A DNA stretch of 64,000 bases from an uncultured delta proteobacterium (GCA_963804165.1 CAWDPO010000043.1:256001-320000); one strand, 5' to 3'. Positions 10,298-21,494 are shown, numbered from the stretch's first letter. Notes: generated by a model from the letters alone, not told the origin. Translations and numbers: made by a program.

Positions 10298-11850
10298 CTA
10301 GGGGAGCGGCGACGCAAGCGTGCGTAAGCCCTCGGGCAAAGCTTGAATGATATCCGACGCAATCAGTCCGATCGTGCCGCGCTCCCCGGCTACGTGGTCA
10401 CCGACGAAACCGTGCAGGTACACACCGAGCTTCATGGCATCTTCAGGAGAAAGTCCTTGTCCCAATAAGGCACCAAGCATTCCGGCCAGCACGTCGCCCA
10501 TGCCACCGCTCGCCATACCGGGGTTACCGGTTGGGTTGATAAATACCTTCCCTTCAGCCGTGGCGATCACCGTCCGCGCGCCTTTGAGAACCAAATGACA
10601 GTGGCGCTCGACGGCAAACGATCGGGCGACTTCCACCCGATCGGCATTGACGGTCGCCGTGCTTTTTCCCGTCAGCCGCGCCATCTCGCCGGGATGCGGC
10701 GTGAGCACAGGCGCAGTCTTCGCATGCTGCAACCGGTCGATCTCGAGCGCCAAATTATTGAGCCCGTCGGCATCGATGACCCACGGCATGTCTAAATTTC
10801 TGAGCAGCCAGCGCAAATTGCTTTGGGTGGCTTCATTGACACCGATGCCCGGACCGAAGAGCACGGCATTTTTCCGCTCCAATATGTGGCGCCAATCGTC
10901 GTCGCTCAGCGGCTCCATTTGCTCCGCGTCATTGTCCCGCAAAGGTTCGGTCATGACTTCGACCAACGAGCTGGCGAAAATATCATTCAGCGAACACGGT
11001 GCGGCCAGCGTCACCAATCCGGCGCCAGTGCGCATGGCGGCGCGGCAAGCAAGAATCGCCGCGCCGGTCTTGCCGCGCAAGCCCGCGACGACTAGCACAT
11101 GGCCGTAGGTTCCTTTGTGAGTATCCGCTTCACGCCGTGGTACCAGCCTGCGAATAATTTCGCGATCTAAAAGCTCGGTCTTAGGCGCAACTTCCGCGAC
11201 AGCTCCATCCGCAATACCTATGTCGGCAACCACGAGTTCGCCGACAAAATTCAATCCCGGATAAATCACTTCGCCGAGCTTAGGAAAGCCCAGGGCCACC
11301 GTCATTTCTGACTGAACTGCGACGCCGAGGGGCGTTCCTCTGTCCGTATCGAGTCCCGAGGGAATATCGACGGCGACGATCGGCAAACCGGACGCGTTGA
11401 TCAACGTGATCGCGTCGACGAACAACCCGCGTACTTCGTTTTTCACTCCCGTGCCGAGGATCGCGTCGACGATCAGACCCTTCTCAGTCGTTGACGGAGC
11501 AAATCGATTTCATTGGCGGAAATCTCCGTCACCTTGCCCTTGAGCTTGAGAAAGGCGCGCAGATTGTGCGCCGCATCGGTCGAAAGCTCTTCCTTGCGTG
11601 CGAGCAGCGCAACCTCACAAGGAATCCTCTTCTTCTTAAGCAAGCGCGCGACAACCAAGCCATCGCCGCCGTTGTTGCCTTTGCCGGCGACGATCAACAC
11701 ACCTTTCTTGGCGTGACGTGGAAAGCTTTTTAAGATCGCCTGCGCAATGGCTTCGCCGGCGCGCTCCATCAGCGTCAGGCTGGGCACGCCGTACTTTTGG
11801 ATCGTCAGGCGATCCATCTCGCGCATCTGTTCGGCGGTGACGACGATCAT
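10298..11850 (-). CDS. nnr: Bifunctional NAD(P)H-hydrate epimerase/dehydratase (YjeF), frameshift near 11480
   Basis: LMERAG and GKGNNGGDG in ORF 11473-11850; the shifted frame continues [48 protein letters not shown]. Confidence 0.93.
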
Positions 11851-11851
11851 C

Positions 11852-11940
11852 GTTCAAGGTTCCGAGTTCAAAGTTCCAAGTTCACGGCCAAATTGTTCAA
11901 AATCTTCGACATTGAACCTTGAACGTTGAACCTTGAACCG
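11852..11940. repeat. Palindromic GTTCAAG 7-mer repeat element
   Basis: gttcaaggttccgagttcaaagttccaagtt ... ttgaaccttgaacgttgaaccttgaacc. Related arrays at 9742-9771 and 35742-35778. Confidence 0.85.
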
Positions 11941-11942
11941 AG

Positions 11943-12665
11943 CTAGCGCCGGGCGCGAAGCAGCAGTTCCTTCATCTCGCTAACGGCTTGGCTAATGCCG
12001 ACGATCACCGCGCGCGCGATAATGCTGTGGCCGATATTAAGCTCGATAATCTCGGGGATATCAGCGATCGGCAGGACGTTTTCGTAGTCGAGGCCGTGGC
12101 CAGCGTGAACGTCGAGTCCTAACTTTTGGGCCAAAGACGCCCCGCGAACGATCACTTCGCGCTCGTTCTCCCGCGCCGTTCCGTTGACGTTGCAGTACGT
12201 ACCCGTATGAAGTTCGATGGCGTAGGCGCCCACTTCCTTCGCCGCTTCGATTTGCGCTTGCACCGGATCAATGAAGAGGCTGACGTGAATGCCGCGATCT
12301 TGGAGTTTCTTCACCGCATCTTTTACTTTGAGTCTATGCGAGACCACGTCGAGACCCCCCTCGGTGGTCAGCTCCTCGCGTTTCTCTGGAACGAAGCACG
12401 CATCGTTGGGGCGAATTCTTTCCGCATACGCCACCATCGCCGGCGTCACGGCCATTTCCAAATTGACTTTGGTGGCGGCTTGTTCGCGCAGCCGCTCGAC
12501 GTCGCGTTCTTGGATATGCCGGCGGTCTTCGCGCAGGTGCACGGTGATGCCGTCGGCGCCGGCCTTCTCCGCAAGCAGCGCAGCCGCCACCGGATCGGGC
12601 ACCTCGGCTTGGCGCGCTTGGCGCACCGTCGCCACGTGATCGACATTCACTCCTAAACGAATCAC
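11943..12665 (-). CDS. pdxJ: Pyridoxine 5'-phosphate synthase
   Basis: LGVNVDHVATVRQAR, HLREDRRHIQ, PEKREELTTEGGLD, HAGHGL, ELNIGHSII. Confidence 0.97.
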   Translation of the reverse strand: MIRLGVNVDHVATVRQARQAEVPDPVAAALLAEKAGADGITVHLREDRRHIQERDVERLREQAATKVNLEMAVTPAMVAYAERIRPNDACFVPEKREELTTEGGLDVVSHRLKVKDAVKKLQDRGIHVSLFIDPVQAQIEAAKEVGAYAIELHTGTYCNVNGTARENEREVIVRGASLAQKLGLDVHAGHGLDYENVLPIADIPEIIELNIGHSIIARAVIVGISQAVSEMKELLLRARR

Positions 12666-12668
12666 GGC

Positions 12669-14114
12669 CTACCCGCCGACCTCCGCGTGAATCTCGTCGG
12701 CGATGGCTTGCGCCATCGCACGAATTGTTTTCTCGTCCTCACCTTCTAACATCACCCGCGCCAGCAACTCGGTGCCCGAGTAGCGCACCAGGACGCGCCC
12801 GCGTCCCGCCATGACGCGTTCGACCTCGGCGATCTTCTGGCTCACTTTGGGCATGGCGGTTAAATCCTTTCTTTCTTTGACGCGAATGTTAAGCAAGATC
12901 TGCGGCAAGCGCGTCATAACACGTTTGAGCTCGCTCAAACGTTTGCGTTTCTCCACCATCAACGCGAGCATCTGCAAACAGGTGATTCCGCCGTCGCCGG
13001 TCGTGTTATGATCCAAAAACAAAATGTGTCCTGACTGCTCGCCGCCTAGATTAAAATTGTCCGCCACCATCTTCTCGACCACGTAGCGATCGCCGACTTG
13101 GGTGCGCACCACGTCCAATCCAGCATTGCGCATGGCCAGTTCGAGCCCCAGATTGCTCATCACCGTAGCCACCACGCCGGCGCCCTTGAGGGTGCCTTTT
13201 TGTTGCATGTCTAACGCTGAGATGGCCATGACCTGATCGCCGTCGAGAATATCGCCGGTTTCATCGATGAAGATCGCTCGGTCTGCATCGCCGTCTAACG
13301 ACACCGCGAAATCAGCGCCCTCGTGCAGTAGGACTTCGCGCGCGGTTTCCGGATAAAGCGCGCCGCAGCGGCGGTTGATATTTTCGCCGTCCGGTTGCAC
13401 CCCAATCGGCAGAACCTCCGCGCCGAGCTCGGATAGGACTTCGGGAACGACTCTGTACGCTGCACCGTGGCCGCAATCGACGATGATTTTCAATCCCTCC
13501 AAAGTCGAGTGGCGCGGAAAACTATTCTTGAGAAAAACATTATAGCGACCCACGGCATCGGATATACGAAAGGCCTTACCGATCTCCGAAGCGGTCGGTC
13601 GCGACTCCTCGGTCACGCCGCTATAAATCATTTCTTCCATGCGCGCTTCGACTTCGTCCGGCAGTTTAAACCCGTCGCCGGAAAAAAATTTAATGCCGTT
13701 GTCTTGATAGGGATTGTGCGACGCGGAGATGACTACCCCGGCGTCCGCCCGCATGCTTCGCGTTAGAAAGGCGACCCCGGGCGTCGGCAGCGGCCCGACC
13801 AGCAGAACATCGGCGCCCATCGAGACGATGCCGGAGGCCAGTGCGGTCTCGAGCATGTAGCCGGAGAGGCGAGTGTCCTTGCCGATCAGGATCTTGTAGC
13901 GGTGCTTGCCGTCTTCGCCGTTTTTGCGCAAAACCGACGGCGCCAAAGCGTGGCCGGCTGGGTCGGCGGCCGCAGATTCGTGCAACACTTTGGCGATCGC
14001 GCGCCCTAGTTTCAGCGCCATCTCCGACGTCATCGGCTCTTGATTGGCGACGCCGCGGACCCCGTCAGTGCCAAAGAGGTGACGCGTGGGCTGTTTATCT
14101 TTTCCTTGGCTCAT
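12669..14114 (-). CDS. glmM: Phosphoglucosamine mutase
   Basis: [56 protein letters not shown]. Confidence 0.97.
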   Translation of the reverse strand: MSQGKDKQPTRHLFGTDGVRGVANQEPMTSEMALKLGRAIAKVLHESAAADPAGHALAPSVLRKNGEDGKHRYKILIGKDTRLSGYMLETALASGIVSMGADVLLVGPLPTPGVAFLTRSMRADAGVVISASHNPYQDNGIKFFSGDGFKLPDEVEARMEEMIYSGVTEESRPTASEIGKAFRISDAVGRYNVFLKNSFPRHSTLEGLKIIVDCGHGAAYRVVPEVLSELGAEVLPIGVQPDGENINRRCGALYPETAREVLLHEGADFAVSLDGDADRAIFIDETGDILDGDQVMAISALDMQQKGTLKGAGVVATVMSNLGLELAMRNAGLDVVRTQVGDRYVVEKMVADNFNLGGEQSGHILFLDHNTTGDGGITCLQMLALMVEKRKRLSELKRVMTRLPQILLNIRVKERKDLTAMPKVSQKIAEVERVMAGRGRVLVRYSGTELLARVMLEGEDEKTIRAMAQAIADEIHAEVGG

Positions 14115-14138
14115 CGCGCTGAACTCCTTTGTCAGAAA

Positions 14139-15071
14139 TCATTCGGACGGTTTGGTGACCCGCACTCGAAAACGTTGCGGCTTTTGTTCGACCACTTTAA
14201 CCTCCAGCGGTAAATTGAACAATAACGCCAGGCTATGTTCACCTGCAGATACGCCTTTCAGGTTTAGATAGACGTTTTCCGAAGTCAACTGCAATTTTTC
14301 AACCATGCTCTTAGGGCCGGAAACCCTTATGGCCACCGACTGCGGCGAAACGGTATATACGCCTTTAAAATCTTTAGCGCGCACTTCGACCTGATCAAAC
14401 TGTCGCGTGATTTGCTCTTCCTCGAGCATGACGACGACCTCCACCTGATCAGGTGCAATGGTGAGGGGCTTGCCATCGTTGGATAGCCTAACTTTGCGCC
14501 TGATACCGCCACGGCTGTCCTCCACGTCCACTGGTACGGTTTCAATCGACGGCAAGCGCCTTACTTCCTCGGCTGGTCCCTGCACCGAAACACTCTCCGG
14601 CCGCGCGGTAGTCTGAGCAATGCGAAAGCCCGCGGCCGGTTTCCCGGAGAGCCGCACGGTCACCGGTAAGGTTCGCGTAATCACCGGCTCGAGCCGCAGA
14701 TGGATGACCGGAGGAGTTATCCGGCCGACGGTGACGCCGCGCGGAACATTAAAATTATTCGCCGATAGCGGATAGCTCAACGAGCCTGACTTGGCGCCGT
14801 CAAGATCTAAGGAAAGCTTCAAGTTGTCAGCGTCTAGCGTTGAAACCAACGTGCGCGGACCCATCAGGCGCAAAACCACGTAATCGACTCGGTTGTCCAT
14901 AACCATCAAATCGGACGGAATGCTGCGAAACTCCACCGGGACTTCGATCGCCCGCTCGGTATCGCGATGGCCCGCCAACCAAAGTCCTACCGCGATCGTC
15001 AACGCCAGCGCCTTCAGGCCAAAATTGCTCCCGGCCAGCGAAACGATTTTTTCCCAGAGCCGTTTTATCAC
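14139..15071 (-). CDS. cdaR: CdaR/YbbR-family diadenylate cyclase regulator
   Basis: N-terminal TM (NFGLKALALTIAVGLW) followed by YbbR-type repeats (P.SVSVQGP, P.SVAIRVSGP). GTG start at 15071 overlaps the cdaA stop; lies between cdaA and glmM. Confidence 0.88.
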   Translation of the reverse strand: MIKRLWEKIVSLAGSNFGLKALALTIAVGLWLAGHRDTERAIEVPVEFRSIPSDLMVMDNRVDYVVLRLMGPRTLVSTLDADNLKLSLDLDGAKSGSLSYPLSANNFNVPRGVTVGRITPPVIHLRLEPVITRTLPVTVRLSGKPAAGFRIAQTTARPESVSVQGPAEEVRRLPSIETVPVDVEDSRGGIRRKVRLSNDGKPLTIAPDQVEVVVMLEEEQITRQFDQVEVRAKDFKGVYTVSPQSVAIRVSGPKSMVEKLQLTSENVYLNLKGVSAGEHSLALLFNLPLEVKVVEQKPQRFRVRVTKPSE

Positions 15072-15823
15072 GTCACCAGATCCTGCAGTGCGGAGCGCAG
15101 CCTTGCGACGTCGACGTTCTCGGTTACGTTTCCACCGACCACGAGGGCCACGGTCCCCTCCTGTTCGGAGATGATAATCGCAACGGCATCCGTTTCTTCG
15201 GTCACACCGAGCGCAGCACGATGCCGGGTGCCCCAAGATTTCCGCAAGTTGGGATTGGTGCTGAGCGGCAACAGACAGCGCACCGCGGTAACCCGCCCCT
15301 TTTGGATGACGAGCGCACCGTCATGGATCGGTGAATGCGGCAGAAAAACGCTTTCGACGAGCTCCCGGCTTACCCGGGCATCGAGGCGTGTGCCGATTTC
15401 CATATACTCGTTCAATCCCACCTCGCGCTCGAGGACGATTAGACCGCCCACGTGTCTCGCGGCCAACGATGCCGCTGCGTGAACGATTTCCTCGATGATG
15501 TCCTCGCGCGGCTGCACCGTGCGTTCGCTGGCGCCAAAAAGCGGTGCGCTGCCGACCTGCGTGAGGGCGCGGCGGATGTCGCTTTGGAAAATCACGATGA
15601 TGACCAAGATGATCGAGCCGAGAAAGTTGTCGAGAATCCAGTTCAGCGTGAAGAGTCCGAGCGCGCGGGACGACACATAGGCGACGAGAATCACCGCCAA
15701 GCCGATGATCATTTGCATGGCGCGGCTGCCGCGGACGATCTGTAGCGAGCGATAGACGAGGAATGTGATAATGCCGATGTCGACAAAGTCCTGCCAACGA
15801 ATCTGTCGGATCAACTCGAACAT
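15068..15823 (-). CDS. cdaA: Diadenylate cyclase CdaA/DacA
   Basis: Three N-terminal TM segments, IVIFQSDIRRAL, SPIHDGA, GTRHRAALG, ISEQEG; ATG at 15823. Confidence 0.95.
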   Translation of the reverse strand: MFELIRQIRWQDFVDIGIITFLVYRSLQIVRGSRAMQMIIGLAVILVAYVSSRALGLFTLNWILDNFLGSIILVIIVIFQSDIRRALTQVGSAPLFGASERTVQPREDIIEEIVHAAASLAARHVGGLIVLEREVGLNEYMEIGTRLDARVSRELVESVFLPHSPIHDGALVIQKGRVTAVRCLLPLSTNPNLRKSWGTRHRAALGVTEETDAVAIIISEQEGTVALVVGGNVTENVDVARLRSALQDLVT

Positions 15824-15827
15824 GGGG

Positions 15828-16760
15828 TCATTTCCGCGACTGCATAGATCCCGCTCGGATGGCGTCCGCAATCCGCACGGCTTTACAAGTTTCGACGACG
15901 TCATGGACGCGGACGATATTCGCTCCCGCCAAAGCCGCCGCCACCGCCGCCGCGAGGCTCCCCTCGAGACGATCAGCGGGTTCGACATTCAAAATCTTGC
16001 CGATAAAAGCTTTGCGCGAGACGCCCACCAAGACGGGTTGTCCCAAGGCGGCAAGCACCGGCAGCGCGCGCAGCAACTGCAAATTGTGCTCGACAGTTTT
16101 ACCAAAACCGATTCCAGGATCGATGATGATCATATCCTGTGCGACCCCCGCATCCATTGCTTCGTAAAGCTGCGCTGCGAGAAAATCTCGCACCTCGCGC
16201 ACGACGTCGTTATATTGTGGCTCGCGCTGCATGGTCCGCGGCGTGCCCTGCATGTGCATCAACACCACGGGCACCTTCTCCGCGGCGACGAGTGACGCCA
16301 TCGCCGGGTCGTAGCGCAACGCGCTGATGTCGTTCACGATATCCGCCCCTGCGTCCAACGCCGCCCGGGCGATGGCAGACTTGTAGGTATCGACGGAAAT
16401 GGGCACGCTGACCTCACGGCGCAAGCCTCGTACCACCGGCAGCACGCGCGCCAACTCTTCGTCCTCCGAAACCGGCTGCGCCCCCGGGCGAGTTGATTCG
16501 CCGCCGACGTCGAGAATATCCGCGCCCGCCGCCGCCATTTCGATACCGTCGGCGATCGCCTTCGCCGGATCTCGGTGCCGCCCGCCGTCGAAAAACGAAT
16601 CAGGCGTCACGTTAATTATGCCCATGACGAGCGTGCGCCGGGAAAAATCGAGCTTGCCCCGGCGCGTGACTAAATACCCGTAGTCGCGTGCCACAGCCGG
16701 GTTTAGCGGTGTCAATTGTGACAACGCCGTGTTTAGATCACGTGACTTTTGATCAGACAT
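15828..16760 (-). CDS. folP: Dihydropteroate synthase
   Basis: MGIINVTPDSFFDGG, GGESTRPG, LMHMQG, DPGIGFGK, GVSRK, VRVHDV. Confidence 0.97.
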   Translation of the reverse strand: MSDQKSRDLNTALSQLTPLNPAVARDYGYLVTRRGKLDFSRRTLVMGIINVTPDSFFDGGRHRDPAKAIADGIEMAAAGADILDVGGESTRPGAQPVSEDEELARVLPVVRGLRREVSVPISVDTYKSAIARAALDAGADIVNDISALRYDPAMASLVAAEKVPVVLMHMQGTPRTMQREPQYNDVVREVRDFLAAQLYEAMDAGVAQDMIIIDPGIGFGKTVEHNLQLLRALPVLAALGQPVLVGVSRKAFIGKILNVEPADRLEGSLAAAVAAALAGANIVRVHDVVETCKAVRIADAIRAGSMQSRK

Positions 16761-16916
16761 CAGATTTTCATCCAAGGTCGTCCGAGGAACTTCGACTAAG
16801 CGGTAGCGAAACTGCGAGACACTACCTCAGAGCCGAAACGGATCGGCTATCGGGGGAGAACGATCGTGAATTGAAACACGGAGTTTGGGAGCCGATGGCC
16901 CCGGCAAGAAACAGCG

Positions 16917-18758
16917 TCAGGCGATAGCCGCGGCGGCCGACGAAGCAAGCGGGTCTCCACCGTTCCCGCCGAACTCTCTAACGATGGCATCGATCTCGGA
17001 TCCGTCCAGTACTTCTTTTTCGAGCAGCGATTCGGCAACTTTATGGAGTAGCCGCAAATTCGTTTTCAAGAGGTCCTTGGCTTTGTGGTAGCTATCTTGA
17101 ATGATCCGCCGGACCTCGGCATCGATTTCGATCGCCGTGTTCTCGGAATAGTCCACTTTCTGCGTAAAATCTCTTCCTAAAAAGATCTCTTCCTCTTTCT
17201 TACCAAACGTCATCGGACCGAGCTTCTCGCTCATGCCCCACTCGCAGACCATGCGGCGCGCGAGATCCGTTGCTTTCTCAATATCGTTGCCCGCCCCGGT
17301 CGTCATATGATTGAGCACGAGCTCTTCCGCGACCCGGCCACCAAACAGGATCACCAAGTTGTTGAGCAGATACTCTCGCGGATAGGTATGCTTCTCGTCC
17401 ATCGGCAGCTGCTGGGTCAAGCCGAGGGCCATGCCGCGCGGGATGATGGTCACTTTGTGAATCGGATCAGCTCCCGGCAATAGCTTGGCCACCAGCGCGT
17501 GGCCCGCTTCGTGATACGCTGTGTTGCGCTTCTCTTCATCGCTGATAATCATGCTGCGCCGCTCGGCGCCCATCATGACCTTGTCTTTGGCGAGCTCGAA
17601 GTCACGCATGTCGACTTTTTCTTTATTATTCCGCGCCGCCAGCAGCGCCGCTTCATTGACCAGGTTTTCCAGGTCCGCCCCGGCAAAGCCCGGCGTCGAA
17701 CGCGCGAGAACACTGATATCGACGTCCGCTGCAACCGGAACCTTGCGGGTATGCACTTGCAGGATCCCCTCGCGGCCTTTGATATCGGGTCGCGGGACAA
17801 CGACGCGGCGATCAAATCGGCCGGGTCTAAGCAGCGCCGGATCTAACACGTCAGGACGGTTGGTCGCAGCGATGAGAATGACGCCTTCGTTTGCCTCGAA
17901 GCCGTCCATCTCCACCAGCAATTGATTCAAAGTCTGCTCGCGCTCATCATGGCCACCGCCAAGCCCGGCACCGCGATGGCGTCCGACAGCATCGATTTCG
18001 TCGATGAAAATAATGCACGGCGCGTTCTTTTTTCCCTGGACGAATAGATCGCGGACCCGTGAAGCACCGACGCCGACGAACATTTCGACGAAGTCTGACC
18101 CGCTGATGCTAAAGAACGGGACGCCTGCTTCGCCCGCGATGGCCCGAGCCAGAAGAGTCTTCCCCGTTCCCGGAGGGCCGACCAACAGGCAACCCTTGGG
18201 AATCCGGCCACCGAGCTTGGTAAACTTTTTTGGGTCCTTAAGAAACGCAATGATTTCCTGGAGGTCGTCTTTCGCTTCATCCACTCCGGCGACGTCGCTG
18301 AAAGTTACGCGGTGTTGGTTTTCGGTGAGCAATTTTGCCCGGCTTTTGCCAAATGACATCGCCTTGCCGCCGCCAACCTGCATCTGGCGCATAAAAAATA
18401 TCCAGACGCCGATGAGCAACAGCATCGGAAACCAATTGAGCAAAAGAACCATGTACCAAGGAGAATCCTCCTCGGGCTTAGCTGCGATAACGACCTTTTT
18501 GTCGCGCAGCAACTTTACCAACTCCGGATCGTTGGGCGCGAAAGTGCGAAAGCGCTCGCCGTTGGATTTGTATTCGCCTTGGATGTTATGACCCTGGATC
18601 GTAACTTTGCGCACATCTCCGCGCTCGACCGAAGCCATGAACTCGCTAAAAACGATCTCCGGTTCGCGCCCGTGCTGTTTATTAAATACGCTGAATATGG
18701 CTAAGAAAATAAGTGCCAGGACCAGCCAAAGAGCGATATGTTTTGATGACTGACTCAA
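16917..18758 (-). CDS. ftsH: ATP-dependent zinc metalloprotease FtsH
   Basis: Two TM segments, [42 protein letters not shown] start at 18758 follows GGAGG. Confidence 0.98.
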   Translation of the reverse strand: MSQSSKHIALWLVLALIFLAIFSVFNKQHGREPEIVFSEFMASVERGDVRKVTIQGHNIQGEYKSNGERFRTFAPNDPELVKLLRDKKVVIAAKPEEDSPWYMVLLLNWFPMLLLIGVWIFFMRQMQVGGGKAMSFGKSRAKLLTENQHRVTFSDVAGVDEAKDDLQEIIAFLKDPKKFTKLGGRIPKGCLLVGPPGTGKTLLARAIAGEAGVPFFSISGSDFVEMFVGVGASRVRDLFVQGKKNAPCIIFIDEIDAVGRHRGAGLGGGHDEREQTLNQLLVEMDGFEANEGVILIAATNRPDVLDPALLRPGRFDRRVVVPRPDIKGREGILQVHTRKVPVAADVDISVLARSTPGFAGADLENLVNEAALLAARNNKEKVDMRDFELAKDKVMMGAERRSMIISDEEKRNTAYHEAGHALVAKLLPGADPIHKVTIIPRGMALGLTQQLPMDEKHTYPREYLLNNLVILFGGRVAEELVLNHMTTGAGNDIEKATDLARRMVCEWGMSEKLGPMTFGKKEEEIFLGRDFTQKVDYSENTAIEIDAEVRRIIQDSYHKAKDLLKTNLRLLHKVAESLLEKEVLDGSEIDAIVREFGGNGGDPLASSAAAAIA

Positions 18759-18787
18759 CCGTTCCTCCAAAGTCTAAGAACGAAAAA

Positions 18788-18816
18788 AGTGTAACACACG
18801 CGACTACTTCGATCAA
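18788..18816 (-). promoter_or_regulatory. Putative sigma70 promoter of ftsH
   Basis: Minus strand TTGATC-17 nt-TACACT. Confidence 0.5.
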
Positions 18817-18833
18817 TAATAACCCAATGGAAT

Positions 18834-20255
18834 TTAAGTCTCGATAGGTGTTGCTTTAAGATAAATCGCAGAACCGGTAGTTTTCTCCACACGACCGGCT
18901 TCGCTCCTGCCGTAACCGGGAATCCAGAGAATCTCTTCGCCCATAGTCAAAAGCGGCCATTTAGCCCTAACTGGCCACGGGACCCTGTTTTCGATGAATA
19001 GATCTTTTACTTTCTTGTGGCCGGTCATCCCTAACGGTTGAAATCGGTCGCCACGTCGGAAGTTTCGCACCCGCAGCGGCCCTGTCAAGTACGAGTCATC
19101 GAAAATGGCCTCCGTGAGATCCGCTTGGAGCGTAATTTGCGGCCGCGAGATGCGCTCGCTTCGGAATTCGACGGCGGCTTCATGGATACACAATGCTGTG
19201 CCGATTTCTAAAGGGTAATCATAGCAAATCTTCTTCAGCCCTCCGGAGCGCTTCTCCAACCTCAGACTTTCATACTCCCGGACCAATTCCCATCCCCCGG
19301 CAATCGCGAGCCTCCCTTGCACCGGGCCCTCCTCGATTAGACGCAATAGCGCGTCAATGTGAACGAAATCGACGCCGCGCAGATGTCCGCGTGCTTGCTC
19401 GATCCACAGGCGCAAAATCCTTCTTTGCAATGCTTTCGGCTCTCCAAGCAGACCTGGTCGCCCTAAACCCTTCGCGTCATGGATCGCGTCCAATCCCATG
19501 CGCGCCAACGCTTCCAAGTAGGTATCCTCATCGCGGAGCAACTCAGCCTGCTGGCTGAGCCGAGCGGGAAATCTGTCGTCGACCCGCTCTTGAATCTTTG
19601 GTATCAGCTCTGAGCGAATCCAGTTGCGCAGATACACCGGGTCCTGATTGCTCCGATCGACCCTGTAAGTGAGACTCTTTTCCGCCAAATATTCCATAAT
19701 CTCAGATTTTGAAATGTCGATCAGCGGACGAATGACGGCAAGAATTTCTGTCGAATCGCCGATGGCGATCCGAAGTTGTTGCCGCGGCGACATGCCACCC
19801 AAACCTCTCGTGCCGGCGCCACGCAAAAACCACATCAACACCGTTTCCGCCTGATCGTCCTGCGTATGCGCCGTAGCGACTTTGGCGAGTCCGCGCTGCT
19901 TTGCCGTCTCGGCAAAAAAACGATAGCGCTCAGCGCGCGCCAGCGCTTCGAGATTGCCCTTCCCGGCTTTGGACTTCATCGACGGAAGTTCAATCTCTTT
20001 CAGGTGGAACGGGAGCTTGAGTTTCTCCGCCAATTCGGCGACGAATCGCGCGTCCTCCTTCGCCTCCTCGCCGCGAATCCCATGCTGCAAATGGGCAACT
20101 TCCAGAAACAGCTGAAATTCTTCTCGAAGCTCGTGCAGCAAATGCAGTAGCGCCACCGAATCCGGCCCGCCGGAGACGGCGATCAGGATACGATCGCCGG
20201 AGGACAGAAGACCGTGCCGCTGATTTGTCGCTTTAACCTTTTGTTCGATGAACAT
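18834..20255 (-). CDS. tilS: tRNA(Ile)-lysidine synthase
   Basis: AVSGGPDS, HLQHGIRG, ARAERY, AHTQDDQAET, IRPL, DRSN....YLRN, GDRFQPLGM..KKVKDLF. Confidence 0.97.
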   Translation of the reverse strand: MFIEQKVKATNQRHGLLSSGDRILIAVSGGPDSVALLHLLHELREEFQLFLEVAHLQHGIRGEEAKEDARFVAELAEKLKLPFHLKEIELPSMKSKAGKGNLEALARAERYRFFAETAKQRGLAKVATAHTQDDQAETVLMWFLRGAGTRGLGGMSPRQQLRIAIGDSTEILAVIRPLIDISKSEIMEYLAEKSLTYRVDRSNQDPVYLRNWIRSELIPKIQERVDDRFPARLSQQAELLRDEDTYLEALARMGLDAIHDAKGLGRPGLLGEPKALQRRILRLWIEQARGHLRGVDFVHIDALLRLIEEGPVQGRLAIAGGWELVREYESLRLEKRSGGLKKICYDYPLEIGTALCIHEAAVEFRSERISRPQITLQADLTEAIFDDSYLTGPLRVRNFRRGDRFQPLGMTGHKKVKDLFIENRVPWPVRAKWPLLTMGEEILWIPGYGRSEAGRVEKTTGSAIYLKATPIET

Positions 20256-20403
20256 TATCGACAAAAGGAGCTTCCGGGTTTCTCATGGACAAATCAAGAA
20301 GCTAGGTCCGCGTGGTAAGGCGTAACGGGGTTGCCCGTCATGTGAGAACAAGCGATACCAGCCATTGGTTAACATTGCTTATAGTCTGGGTTTTGATCTT
20401 TTA

Positions 20404-20660
20404 CTATTCGACGTAGCCATGACCCGCAATTGGCTTGTTTTTGAACGTGCCACCGACACCCACAACACCCTCCCAAATACGTAGCGTGTATGCTGCGATT
20501 TGTAATCAGTTCCTGATCGTGAAAACGGGGGATTTCCAAGTCAACTTGCTGGCTGAGAATCGTGATTTTCATTTCGAGGGAGCTTGCGTCGCTCGTGGGG
20601 CTTTTCCAACGATTTAGTTACTCACCCTGGTCGTGCTGTTGACGAAGGAGCCAGAGAGTT
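20404..20660 (-). pseudogene. Decayed, diverged copy of the 3' end of the AttH-like gene (21495-22642)
   Basis: Reads across indels as LNRWKSPTSDAS..KITILSQQVDLEI.RFHDQELITNRSIHATYWEGVVGVGGTFKNKPIAGHGYVE. The intact gene reads LDRWKSPKSDASYPMKWKVTIPS..VELEITPAFADQELITNRSTRVTYWEGAVSINGWYGNKPVSGHGYVE. Confidence 0.88.
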
Positions 20661-20713
20661 ACCGAATAATTTCACTCCCCAGAGCCTTAATCAGCCAATA
20701 TTTCGTGAATGGA

Positions 20714-21145
20714 CTATTGGAAGGGATTGACGATTTTGAGCGATTTAAATCGCAGGAAGTCACGGTCAGCGGAAATTAATTCCGTCACGCCGTGTTCCAC
20801 GCAGAGGGCTGCGATATGCGCGTCATGGATTAAATTCCCCGTGACGCCAGATTCCTTCACGATTGAAGTCATCAATTCCGAGTGTCTGTCCGTCTCGCTC
20901 AACAACAAGATCGAAGGTGACTCCGTGATCGCTTTGAGATCAGTTAGAGCAATCTCCAACGGCACTGGCGGATGAAAGACTCGCGGGTGAGTGACCACGC
21001 GCAAGAACTCGTAAATGCACGGCCAAGGCAGCGCCCAGGGAACCGCGCCCTCGGCCAGTTGCGTCAGCACCTGGCGCGCCTGACGATGATGCTGGCTCGA
21101 CGTGATCTCTGCATAGATAAGGACGTTGGTGTCGATCGCCTGCAA
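20714..21145 (-). CDS. vapC: PIN-domain toxin (VapC)
   Basis: AIDTNVLIYA, IYEFLRVVTHPR, GNLIHDAHIAALCVEHG..LISADRDF. Confidence 0.93.
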   Translation of the reverse strand: MQAIDTNVLIYAEITSSQHHRQARQVLTQLAEGAVPWALPWPCIYEFLRVVTHPRVFHPPVPLEIALTDLKAITESPSILLLSETDRHSELMTSIVKESGVTGNLIHDAHIAALCVEHGVTELISADRDFLRFKSLKIVNPFQ

Positions 21146-21148
21146 CTC

Positions 21149-21382
21149 TTATCGCCCGTCCATCAGGTCAAACAATTTATCGCGGTCCAGCAGGTCGACG
21201 CCCGGCTGCTCTTTGGCCTCCCAGCCGTGCAGCTGGAGGCTGAATCGACCGCGAGAACGCGCATGGAGCGCTTGGCGCAACAAATCGTTGGCCACATCCT
21301 GAAGGGTACGTCCCTCGGCCGCCGCTTTCTTTTTGATCTGACGCAGCAACGCATCGTCAATCATCAAAGTGGTTCGGCTCAT
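21149..21382 (-). CDS. vapB: RHH antitoxin (VapB)
   Basis: RTTLMIDDALLRQIKKKAAAEGRTLQDVANDLLRQAL...GVDLLDRDKLFDLM, immediately upstream of the PIN gene. Confidence 0.88.
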   Translation of the reverse strand: MSRTTLMIDDALLRQIKKKAAAEGRTLQDVANDLLRQALHARSRGRFSLQLHGWEAKEQPGVDLLDRDKLFDLMDGR

Positions 21383-21418
21383 GCATCAAAGTGTATTGCT
21401 GATCCATTTTGATGTCAA
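21383..21418 (-). promoter_or_regulatory. vapBC sigma70 promoter with inverted-repeat operator; probably a leaderless transcript
   Basis: Minus strand TTGACA-17 nt-TACACT, 7 nt before the ATG. A CATCAAA...TTTGATG inverted repeat overlaps the -35 and -10 boxes. Confidence 0.75.
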
Positions 21419-21494
21419 CACTGTGGTTCCGTGTATCCAATTCTATGATAAACATGATCCGGTGGTTTGGCTGAGTTTGGAAACGCCTCTTGAT

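Noticed and set aside
12669-15823. c-di-AMP module cdaA-cdaR-glmM as a novelty in a Gram-negative organism
   Set aside because: This operon is already known in deltaproteobacterial lineages.
20369-20572. 67-aa Cys-rich ORF as a new small protein or RiPP precursor
   Set aside because: It is the AttH 3' ghost; the Cys-rich part is an out-of-frame reading of YWEGVVGVGG.
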